Positions 53,156 to 64,000 of a DNA stretch of 64,000 nucleotides are shown piece after piece. A program made the translations under genes and the position numbers. The notes beneath the pieces are model-generated. The model saw only the letters and a program-made list of their open reading frames with translations. It had not been told where the DNA came from and did no database searches. The DNA comes from Isurus oxyrinchus (taxonomy: Eukaryota), in NCBI GenBank assembly GCA_026770705.1, contig JANJGN010000121.1:1054001-1118000 (forward strand), given 5' to 3'. Positions within the stretch are counted from its first letter, which is position 1. Every line of letters starts with the position of its first letter.

Positions 53156-53524
53156 TAGGTATCTATAGAACTATCTCTCTCCGTGTTCTATTCTCATGTG
53201 ACCTTGAGTAACTGATGATAAATACTATCTATTTACATTGTTAATATTAAACTTTTATACTACATCTCCCCCAAAATCTTTGACATCAATGAAGACAATA
53301 TTTATATTATCCTATATTGTCTTTTAAGTTCAACCTTGGCCCCCTCTGCCTTATCAGGTAGGCATAAACAATCCCAAGGCTCAATACAGGAAGAGCTCTC
53401 CCTGGTCAATATCACTAATAAAAAAGGACCTGTTTTGTCTTCAACCCAGTGATGTTTGTGGGATCTTGCTCTGCACATTGTATCCTATTACAGCTAATAT
53501 AGAATCAAGGGTGTCAGTACTTAC

Positions 53525-53821
53525 CTTGTACAGTTAGTACAAGGGTCCGCTCCGATGAAACAGATGGATATCTCACTCTGCAGCAGAGAGTGTGTCCGTG
53601 GTGTTTGAGTGATGGGATCAGGGTCAGAACAGAAGTATAGGTCAGAGTGACACCATGCTGAGTTACAGTGTTTGAGACTGATCCAGGTACGTCAGTGGGA
53701 GTGTCCCAGGTTAAGACAGGTGCTGCTGTTCCATTGCACGTTGTGTTGAAGGTGCAGCTTACATCCACACGCTTTCCTGCAATAATTTCAGCAGGGAATA
53801 TCATGGGTTTATCTGTGAAAT
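53525..53821 (-). CDS. Gene B Siglec domain-2 (C2-set) exon
   Basis: 297-bp phase 1-1 exon; differs from 5864-6160 at three residues (T/M, S/C, terminal L/Q). Confidence 0.95.
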
Positions 53822-54633
53822 CTAACACACAGAGAATGGATCCTTTTAGAGAAATATAACGTGAAGCATCAGTTCAAATAGAAATCACAGTCCCACAAGA
53901 GAAAGCACTTTTACAAGGATGATATCAGAACTGAGAGATTACAATGATCAGGAGAGAATTTCCTATTTTCAGACTTAGTGGAGTTTCTGTCACTCAGATG
54001 AATTCACTTCCACTTTGAGACAATTGAATTGACAATCCCGGGTGAGGGTGGGGGATCAGCTCACAGTTCCTGACACACTGGCTTGTTACTTTCTCCGAAA
54101 TCTGCCAGATTTAAATTCTATCCAGTTCCCAGCAGGAGAGAATCCATTTGAACCAATCACTGAACCGGCATTTAAAGCAGACGATCAGGTTATTGATCAC
54201 ATTGCTGTTTCTGGGAGCTTCCTGTGCACAAATTGGCTGCTGTGTTTCCCAGATTACAACAAGGGCTACATTTCAAGAATTATTTCAATGGTTGTGAATC
54301 CATTTGCGACGTCCAGAGGTGGTGAAAGGTGCTATAGAAATGCAAATCTTTCTTTTGTTGATATGTAAAAGTTTTAAACAGGATTAGGGAGATTGATGTA
54401 AGTGGATAACCTGATAACATTGATGGACACAGTCAATACATTTAATCATTGATATTAAAGTGGTATTAGAGGTTGTTTTAGGACTGAACTGGAAGCTATT
54501 AGCAGGTTATTGAGAATCAGACAGTGTGTTATAATAAGCTGTGTTTTGTGTTAATATGTAAACGTCACAGTTTGTGTTATTTCCCATTGAGTGTTGGATG
54601 TGAATTGTTGAGTAATTATAACACAGCACTTAC

Positions 54634-55002
54634 CAGAAACGTGAAGCTGGGTAACAGGGTAATAGTTATGGCTCGGACCATTGTCAAATTCTATTCTGAA
54701 AAAATAAGGTCCTTCATCTTCCCGTCTGATGTTGTTTATAATCAGGGAACAGTCGCCATCTTTCAGGTCTCCAGACAGCCGGGTCCGATGGTGGAACCGT
54801 GGTAACTCGTGACTGTGATCCTTGGAGTGAAAGGCAATGGGAGCCCAGGGAATCTGTTTCTCATTATTAAACCAGACTCCACCTCGCGGTTGGTTTTCCA
54901 GACACGATGGATAACTGTAATGACATGGAATCTGTACACACGAACCTTCCTGCGCTGTCACCTCTCGTGGACTGTCACCTTTCCACTCTTGTGAGGGTTT
55001 AT
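54634..55002 (-). CDS. Gene B V-set exon, innermost (V1), Arg present
   Basis: 369-bp phase 1-1 exon DKPSQEW..YFFRIEF..LHVS. Confidence 0.95.
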
Positions 55003-56949
55003 CTGGGGAGAGAAATCTCAATATTTAACTCTGGATGGTTTGTGGATCCACTAGACTCAAAATTTACAGATGAGGCTGAATTGGGGGGATGGTCAATACT
55101 GAGGAGAATGGCAACAAATTATTTTGGCAGGAAGAATAGAAAAACAGGATATTATTTAAATGGAGACAGGCTGCAGAATGCAGTACAGAGGGATCTGGGT
55201 GTCCTTGTACATGAATCACAGAAAGTCAGCATTCAGGATCACCACGGAATGAGGAAGGCAAGTGGAATGTTGGCCTTTATTGCAAAGGGATGGAGTCTAA
55301 AAGGAGGGAAGTCTTGCAACAGCTGCACAGGGTGAGATTGTATCAGGAGCAGTGTGTACAGTTCTGGTCTCCTTACTTATGGAGGGATAGAGTTGCATTG
55401 AAGGCAGTTCAGAGAAGCTTCACTGGGCTGATACCTGGGATTAAAGGGTTTGTCCTGTGAGGAAATGTTGAGCAGGTTGGGCCTGTATCCATTGGAGTTT
55501 AGAAGAATGAGGGGTGACCTTATTGAAACATATCCGATTCCGAGGGGGCTTGACAGGGTGGATACTGGGAGGATGTTTCCCCCTCGTGGGGGAATCTAGA
55601 ACCAGGGAGCACAGTTTCGGAATGAGGGCTCTCCCATTTAAGACTGAGATGAGGAGGAATTTCCTCTCTCAGAGGGGCGCTAGCCTGTGGAATTCTCTTC
55701 CCAGTGGAGGCTGGGCCATTGAATAGACTCAAGGCTGAGTGAGGCAGGTTTTTGATCGACAAGGGAGTCAAGGGTTTGGGGGACAGGCAGGAAAATGGAG
55801 TTAAGGCCACAACCAGATCAGTGAGAGCAGGCTCGAGGGGCCGAATGGCCTGCTCCTGTCCCTATTTCTTATGTTCCTACATTCTTACCTTCTTAAAATA
55901 TTAAAGCTGCAGAATAAACATGCAAGTGACTGACCCGCTCGACCCACCTTCCATCAGGGGCTGGAGGAGGTTACACAGATAGGGAGGTTTGTGGGGGCTG
56001 GAGGAGGTAACAGAGATAGGGAGGGCTGTAGATGCTGGAGGAGGTTACGCAGATAGGGAGGGTGGTAGGACCTGGAGGAGGTTGCAGAGATAGGGAGGGC
56101 TGTAGGGATTTGAGGAGTTTATGGAGATGGGGAGCGCGTAGGGACTGGAGGAGGCTGCAAGGGCAGAGAGGGTTTTAGGGGCAGGAGGAGTTTACAGGGA
56201 TAGGAAGAGTTGTAGGGGCTGGACGGATTGCAGAGGTAGGGAGGGTTGGAAAGGCTGGTGGAGGTTTCAGAGGTAGGGAAGGTTGCAGGGACTGGAGGAT
56301 TTACAGAGATGGGGGAGTTTTTGGGGCAGGATGGGGTTACAGAGATAGGGAGGGTTGTAAGGGCAGGACGAGGTTACATAGATATGGAGTGTGGCTGGGG
56401 CTGAGGGAGGCTACAGAGTTAGGGAGGGTTATAATGGCTGGAGGAGGTTACAGAGATAAAGGAAACTCTTAGGGACTGGAGGAGGTTACAGAGATAGGGA
56501 GGGTTGTAGTGGGCTGGAGGAGGTTACAGAAATATGAAGGGTTGTAAGAGATGGACCAGCTTACAGAGATAGGGAGAGGTATTCGGTCTGGAGGAGGTTG
56601 CAGAGATAGGGGAGGTTGTTAGGACTGGAGGAGGCTACATATATCGCGAGGGTTATCGGGGCTTGAGGAGGTTAAAGAGATAGGGAGGGGTGTTGGGTCC
56701 GGAGGAGTTTGCAGTGATAGGAATGGTTTTCGGGATTGGAAGAGAGTACTGAGATAGGAGGGTTGTAGGGACTGGAGGAGTCTCCTGAGATAGGGAGGGT
56801 TGTAGGGACTGGAGGAGGCTCCTGAGATAGGGAGGGTTGTAGGGACTGGAGGAGGCTCCTGAGATAGAGAGGGTTGTAGGGACTGGAGGAGGCTCCTGAG
56901 ATAGGGAATGTTGCCGTGGATGAAGATAAAGGAGGAGATTACTGTAATA

Positions 56950-57950
56950 GGGAGGAAAAATATTCAAAAATTTGGACATTGAGACTTTGCTTGACCAGGA
57001 GCCAGTCTCGGTCATCGAGCAGAGCGGGTGATAAGGGAACGGGACTTGGTGTGAGTAAGGACGTGGTCAGCAGTTTTGGATGGCCTCAAGTTTATGGAGT
57101 GTAGAGCATGTGTTGGAACAGTCGAGTCTGGAGGTAATGAAGGCGTGGATGAGGGTTTCAGCAGCAGATGAGCTGAGACAGGGTGAAGTCGTACGACGTT
57201 ATGGAGGTGGAAATAGACGGTGTTAGTGAGGGCGCAGATATGAGGCCGGAAGCTCATCTCAGGATCAAATGGGACAACAAAGCTGTGAACAGATTGGCTT
57301 CAATCTCAGAGAGCTGCCAGGGAGAGGAATGGAGTTGGTAGCGAGGGAACAGAGTTTGGAGCGGGGAATGAAGACAATGGCTTCAGTCTTTCCAATATTT
57401 AATTGGAGGGAATTTCTGCCCATCCAGTACTGGATGTCGGATAAGCAGCCTGATAATTTAGCAGCAGTGGAGGAGTCGAGAGAGGTGGTGGTGAGGTAGA
57501 GCTGGGGATCCTCAGTGGACAGGTGAAAGCTAACACTGTTCAGATGATGCTGCAAAGCCATTGCAAGTGATTCTCTGGCTACGATGAGATGGATAAGAAT
57601 GGAGCCAGGGGAGAGCAGTCCCACCCAGCTGGACGACAGTGGACAGGTGTTGGAGGAGGATGGTGTGGTCGAGCGTGTCAAAGGCTGCAGACAGATCGAG
57701 AAGGAGGAGGAGGGAAAGTTGACCTTTGTCACAGTCACACAGGATGCCATTTGTGACCTTGATAAGAGCTGTTTCAGCACAGTGGCTGGGGTGGGAACCT
57801 GATTGGAGGGATTCAAACATGGAGTTCCGGGAAAGATGGAACCGGATTCGGGAGATGGAAACACGTTCAAGGACTTTGGAGGGGAAAGAGAGGCTGGAGA
57901 TGGGACGGGGGTTTACACGGACAGTGTGAGGGGTGGAAGGTGTAGTGGGG
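56950..57950 (-). mobile_element. L2-type LINE RT fragment (duplicate at ~60610-61580)
   Basis: ETALIKVTN..LLLLLDLSAAFDTLDH; LQLNIGKTEAI. Confidence 0.9.
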
Positions 57951-58184
57951 AGGAGACACTTCACTCAGGGGGGAGGTGTCATCACCCCTCAGCTCGGTTT
58001 ACGTTACAGCTATGATGTGGATTCAATCACACACAATAAGCTCATGGATCTGGGAGCAGAAATAGACAAATCATTAAAAATAGTGACGCTGGTTAACACG
58101 GCCAAAAAACAAGCAAATCAAACACTATTATTTCCCATTGAGTGTTGAATGTGAATTGTTGAGTAATTATAACACAGCACTTAC

Positions 58185-58553
58185 CAGAAACGTGAAGCTG
58201 GGTTACAGGGTAATAGTTATGTCTCGGACCATTGTCAAATTCTATCCTGAAAAAATAAGGTCCTGCATCTTCCCGTCTGATGTTGTTTATAATCAGGGAA
58301 CAGTCGCCATCTTTCAGGTCTCCAGACAGCCGGGTCCGATGGTGGAACCGTGGTAACTCGTGACTGTGATCCTTGGAGTGAAAGGCAATGGGAGCCCAGG
58401 GAATCTCTTTCTCATTATTAAACCAGACTCCACCTCGCGTTTGGTTTTCCAGACACGATGGATAACTGTAATGACATGGAATCTGTACACACGAACCTTC
58501 CTGCGCTGTCACCTCTCGTGGAGTGTCGCCTTTCCACTCTTGTGAGGGTTCAG
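58185..58553 (-). CDS. Gene B V-set exon, middle (V2), Arg present
   Basis: 369-bp phase 1-1 exon AEPSQEW..YFFRIEF..LHVS. Confidence 0.93.
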
Positions 58554-61500
58554 CTGGGGAGAGAAATATCAATATTTAACTCTGGATGGTTTGTGGATCC
58601 ACTAGACTCAAAATTTACTGATGAGGCTGAATTGGGGGGATGGTCAATACTGAGGAGAATGGCAACAAATTATTTTGGCAGGAAGAATAGAAAAACAGGA
58701 TATTATTTAAATGGAGACAGGATGCAGAATGCAGTACAGAGGGATCTGGGTGTCCTTGTACATGAATCACAGAAAGTCAGCATTCAGGAACACCACGGAA
58801 TGAGGAAGGCAAGTGGAATGTTGGCCTTTATTGCAAAGGGATGGAGTATAAAAGGAGGGAAGTCTTGCAACAGCTGCACAGGGTGAGATTGTATCAGGAG
58901 CAGTGTGTACAGTTCTGGTCTCCTTACTTATGGAGGGATAGAGTTGCATTGAACGCAGTCCAGAGGAGGTTCACTGGGCTGATTCCTGGGATTAAAGGGT
59001 TTGTCCTGTGAGTAAATGTTGAGCAGGTTGGGCCTGTATCCATTGGAGTTTAGAAGAATGAGGGGTGACCTTATTGAAACATATCCGATTCCGAGGGGGC
59101 TTGACAGGGTGGATACTGGGAGGATGTTTCCCCCTCGTGGGGGAATCTAGAACCAGGGAGCACAGTTTCGGAATGAGGGCTCTCCCATTTAAGACTGAGA
59201 TGAGGAGGAATTTCCTCTCTCAGAGGGGCGCTAGCCTGTGGAATTCTCTTCCCCAGAGAGCAGTGGAGGCTGGGCCATTGAATAGACTCAAGGCTGAGTG
59301 AGGCAGGTTTTTGATCGACAAGGGAGTCAAGGGTTTGGGGGACAGGCAGGAAAATGGAGTTAAGGCTACAACCAGATCAGTGAGGGGCCGAATGGCCTGC
59401 TCCTGTCCCTATTTCTTATGTTCCTACATTCTTACCATCTTAAAATATTAAAGCTGCAGAATAAACATGCAAGTGACTGACCCGCTCGACCCACCTTCCA
59501 TCAGGGGCTGGAGGAGGTTACACAGATAGGGAGGTTTGTGGGGGCTGGAGGAGGTAACAGAGATAGGGAGGGCTGTAGATGCTGGAGGAGGTTACGCAGA
59601 TAGGGAGGGTGGTAGGACCTGGAGGAGGTTGCAGAGATAGGGAGGGCTGTAGGGACTTGAGGAGTTTATGGAGATGGGGAGCGTGTAGGGACTGGAGGAG
59701 GCTGCAAGAGCAGAGAGGGTTTTAGGGGCAGGAGGAGTTTACAGGGATAGGAAGAGTTGTAGGGGCTGGACGGATTGCAGAGGTAGGGAGGGTTGGAAAG
59801 GCTGGTGGAGGTTTCAGAGGTAGGGAAGGTTGCAGGGACTGGAGGAGTTTACAGAGATGGGGGAGTTTTTGGGGCAGGATGGGGTTACAGAGATAGGGAG
59901 GGTTGTAGGGGCAGGACGAGGTTACATAGATATGGAGTGTGGCTGGGGCTGAGGGAGGCTACAGATAGGGAGGGTTATAATGGCTGGAGGAGGTTACAGA
60001 GATAATGGAAGCTTTTAAGGACTGGAGGAGGTTACAGAGATAGGGAGGGTTGTAGTGGGCTGGATGAGGTTACAGAAATATGAAGGGTTGTAAGAGATGG
60101 AGCAGCTTACAGAGATAGGGAGAGGTATTCGGTCTGGAGGAGGTTGCAGAGATAGGGGAGGTTGTTAGGACTCAAGGAGGCTACAAATATCGCGAGGGTT
60201 ATCGGGGCTTGAGGAGGTTAAAGAGATAGGGAGGGGTGTTGGGTCCGGAGGAGTTTGCAGTGATAGGAATGGTTTTCGGGATTGGAAGAAGGTACTGAGA
60301 TAGGAGGGTTGTAGAGACTGGAGGAGTCTCCTGAGATAGGGAAGGTTGTAGGGACTGGAGGAGGCTCCTGAGATAGGGAGGGTTGTAGGGACTGGAGGAG
60401 GCTCCTGAGATAGGGAGGGTTGTAGGGACTGGAAGAGGCTCCTGAGATAGGGAGGGTTGTAGGGACAGGAGGAGACTCCTGAGATAGGGAGGGTTGTAGG
60501 GACTGGAGGAGGCTCCTGAGATAGGGAGGGTTGTAGGGACAGGAGGAGACTCCTGAGATAGGGAATGTTGCCGTGGATGAAGGAAGAGGAGGAGATTACT
60601 GTAATAGGGAGGAAAAATATTCAAAAATTGTGACATTGAGACTTTGCTTGACCAGGAACCAGTCTCGGGACTTGGTGTGAGTAAGGACGTGGTCAGCAGT
60701 TTTGGATGGCCTCAAGTTTATGGAGTGTAGAGCGTGTGTTGGAACAGTCGAGTCTGGAGGTAATGAAGGCGTGGATGAGGGTTTCAGCAGCAGATGAGCT
60801 GAGACAGGGTGACGTCGTACAATGTTACGGAGGTGGAAATAGACGGTGTTAGTGAGGGCGCAGATATGAGGCCGGAAGCTCATCTCAGGATCAAATGGGA
60901 CAACAAAGCTGTGAACAGATTGGCTTCAATCTCAGAGAGCTGCCAGGGAGAGGAATGGAGTTGGTAGCGAGGGAACAGAGTTTGGAGCGGGGAATGAAGA
61001 CAATGGCTTCAGTCTTTCCAATATTTAATTGGAGGGAATTTCTGCCCATCCAGTACTGGATGTCGGATAAGCAGCCTGATAATTTAGCAGCAGTGGAGGA
61101 GTCGAGAGAGGTGGTGGTGAGGTAGAGCTGGGCATCCTCAGTGGACAGGTGAAAACTAAAACTGTTCAGATGATGCTGCAAAGCCATTGCAAGTGATTCT
61201 CTGGCTACGATGAGATGGATAAGAATGGAGCCAGGGGAGAGCAGTCCCACCCAGCTGGACGACAGTGGACAGGTGTTGGAGGAGGATGGTGTGGTCGAGC
61301 GTGTCAAAGGCTGCAGACAGATCGAGAAGGACGAGGAGGGAAAGTTGACCTTTGTCACAGTCACACAGGATGCCATTTGTGACCTTGATAGGAGCTGTTT
61401 CAGCACAGTGGCTGGGGTGGGAACCTGATTGGAGGGATTCAAACATGGAGATCCGGGAAAGATGGGAACGGATTCGGGAGATGGAAACACGTTCAAGGAC

Positions 61501-61810
61501 TTTGGAGAGGAAAGAGAGGCTGGAGATGGGACGGGGGTTTACACAGACAGTGTAAGGGGTGGAAGGTGTAGTGGGGAGGAGACACTTCACTCAGGGGGGA
61601 GGTGTCATCACCCCTCAGCTCGGTTTACATTACAGCTATGATGTGGATTCAATCACACACAATAAGCTCATGGATCTGGGAGCAGAAATAGACAAATCAT
61701 TAAAAATAGTGACGCTGGTTAACATGGCCAAAAAACAAGCAAATCAAACACTATTATTTCCCATTGAGTGTTGGATGTGAATTGTTGAGTAATTATAACA
61801 CAGCACTTAC

Positions 61811-62188
61811 CAGAAACCTGAAGCTGGGTTACAGGGTAATAGTTATGGCTCGGACGATTGCCAAATTTTATCGTGAAAAAATAAGGTCCTGCATCTTCCC
61901 GTCTGATGTTGTTTATAATCAGGGAACAGTCGCCATCTTTCAGGTCTCCAGACAGCCGGGTCCGATGGCGGAACCGTGGTAACTCGTGACTGTGATCCTT
62001 GGAGTGAAAGGCTGTAGACCATTTAGACCATTTGTTCCGTATGTAGCTTCTCATTTTCCAGATTCCGACATGTGGTTTCTTTACCAAATCTGATGGATAA
62101 CTGTAATGACATGGAATCTGTACACACGAACCTTTCTGCGCTGTCACCTCTCGTGGAGTGTCACCTTTCCACTCTTGTGACAATCCAA
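61811..62188 (-). CDS. Gene B V-set exon, outermost in window (V3), essential Arg replaced by Thr
   Basis: 378-bp phase 1-1 exon VGLSQEW..YFFTIKF..LQVS; ACG at 61874-61872. Confidence 0.93.
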
Positions 62189-62319
62189 CTGGGGAGAGAA
62201 ATATCAATATTTAACTCTGGATGTTTTGTTGATCCACAAGACTCATTATCCACCCCCTCCATCACTCGGGCACAGTGGCTGCAGTGTGGACCATCTACAG
62301 GACACACAATGAACTCCAC

Positions 62320-63211
62320 AAGGTATCACACCAGATGGAAGAGAATCCTGGACACAAAAGCGGAAAAGTTCATTCTACATTGGTTCATGGTCCTCAGGAC
62401 CCTGTTTGTGCAGAAGCCTGTTCTCCAACAGAACTGAAGTTGGGACAATGCATTTGGAATTCCACTGTCCGGGGCATTGGGTTAACTTGCTGATTTTGTT
62501 TTGCCTAAAGCAAACTAGGCTTGTGAGAAGCCAGAAGATCCTAGGAGACACCACAGGTTGGTGACTCATTACTACGGCCATGTGAAGCCATGGTGTTCCA
62601 TTGACACGGCTGAGCATTGGAGAGACAGGGCGTGGAAGGAAGGCTGAATGCACGTGGCGATCCAGGGGGCAGGAACATGGGAAGGAGAGTTTGAAATAGT
62701 GAAAGTGGACCCTTGTGGAAGGTGTCTGAGTGAAAGTGTCATGTTGGAGAAGATTCCAAAGCGAGTTCTTGGAGAGTCAGTGAGACTGGTTGTCTCACAG
62801 TGTAACAAGCGTCTGGGGTCAGATGAGGAGGGAGACTTGGCATTTGTTTCAAGTGGGTTCTGTCAGTTTCTTTCAGAATGTGGTGTCCCTGACCACAGGT
62901 CGTCTATTGGTTTATATCGACTGTGCACTTAGTGTGAACATGAGAATATAAGATAGTTATTGTAACTTGTGTTCTACTTATGAATCTGCAAAGGTATAGA
63001 TCTGGGTGAAGGTGTAATGTAATATAGTTTGTCTTTCCTAGTTTAATAAATGTTTTATTCTTTTGTTAGAAGATCATCAGATGACTCCTGTGACTCTGTT
63101 CAGTAGCCGCACTCCACATTCCTAAATAAAAAATAAAAGTTAGGACCTATCAAGCTGAGTTCCACCCTGGGATCTGACTTGCCCAGTAGTAACATCAGCT
63201 GGGATGATAAC
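62320..63211 (+). mobile_element. LTR-like element
   Basis: Non-coding, AATAAA motifs near the 3' end, terminates GATAACA; left boundary uncertain. Confidence 0.4.
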
Positions 63212-64000
63212 ACCATCCAGTCCAAGTTTCACTTTGGCCTGTGAGCAGAACACAGCTCACACAGTTTGGCCGCAGGTGTCTCCCAGCTTTCTATCCTTGT
63301 ATATCTGTTCTCATGTCCCTGTTCTAAATAACTCAACCCACAATGTATTTACCCAATTCCGTATCAGTGGCTGGTGCCTTTATATCATTATAAAAACACA
63401 ACATGGTGATCAGCGGTGGCCAAACATTCTGGCAGCAAGATTCAGTACAGGTATGACATGGTGAACAGCCTTAGATCGAACTACATGGCATGAGACGACC
63501 CTCGACGCTTTGGTCAGACCACAACAGAGACACAGCATCAGAGAGGGTTGAAATCGCAGTGTACTGACTGCTCAGGAAACCTTTGAAGACACAGTGACGG
63601 GAAAGAGCTCAAGTAAAGAGCTGGGGAGCAGACGGATCCCTCGTGGTGAGATTACAGCACACGGCCTGTAGGTCAGTGAGTGGGACAGTGTGTATTGCCA
63701 GGACCAGCAGCGGGTTAGCTCAGTCAGGGAAGGCGAGTGACCAGGGTGTGGGCTGGATCGATAGTGAGCGAGGGAGATTCAAACACACAAAAACCATTAT
63801 AAAAATCAGCCCAGAGAAGTTAGTGATTATAACGGGCGGCTTTGAGATTGATGAACAGCAAATTGAATAAAAAACAAAGACTCCATTACTCCGTGGTGTG
63901 TTCCTGCCACAACCCGTCTCCGTGGGCGGAGCTTCAGAAAAGCGCACAAAAGGGGCTAAAGCGACACTCATCCCGGGTCCTGTAGAAGAAGGAACGTCAA

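Larger units (their letters stand above)
54577..61750. repeat. Tandem segmental duplication, two ~3.55-3.63 kb units (V exon + CR1 fragment + 37-bp minisatellite + L2 fragment)
   Basis: Collinear near-identity of ~54577-58127 and ~58128-61750; V-exon spacings 3551 and 3626 bp; substitutions and indels distinguish the units. Confidence 0.92.

Noticed and set aside
54634-62188. Tandem V exons as rearranging Ig/TCR V segments
   Set aside because: Each V is complete through the G strand, ends in a GTAAGT donor rather than an RSS, has Siglec cysteines and lacks its own leader
38212-62188. Naming gene B MAG, CD22 or SIGLEC1
   Set aside because: Mosaic domain similarities and lineage-specific duplications; orthology needs phylogeny and synteny, so no symbol is given
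62189-64000. Leader exon of gene B
   Set aside because: No sequence resembling the A or C leader (..SLLQ|GT) was found; it probably lies beyond the window, so B's 5' integrity and any further V exons are unknown

Overview
Eukaryotic, repeat-rich vertebrate DNA, most likely a cartilaginous fish (inferred from its CR1/L2/Penelope/Gypsy content and 33-bp and 37-bp minisatellites). It holds a cluster of three Siglec-family genes that appear only after splicing; I reconstructed the exons by hand from AG/GT sites and phases. Gene A (+, 3234-11377) reads leader-V-C2-Ig-TM, with an Arg inside the TM helix and a short Tyr-free tail (activating-type), but its apparent start codon reads ATA. Gene B (-, 38212-62188, leader exon not found in the window) has three tandem V-set exons, five further Ig exons, an uncharged TM and two alternative ITIM/ITSM tail modules (inhibitory-type). 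The A and B ectodomain exons are nearly identical while their TMs and tails are unrelated, which is the layout of a paired activating/inhibitory Siglec system. Gene C (-, ~26517-27670) is a divergent MAG-like Siglec whose V exon is broken by a Gypsy element. The rest is mostly retroelement debris, minisatellites and five N gaps. Repeat boundaries are approximate; no alignments or database searches were run.
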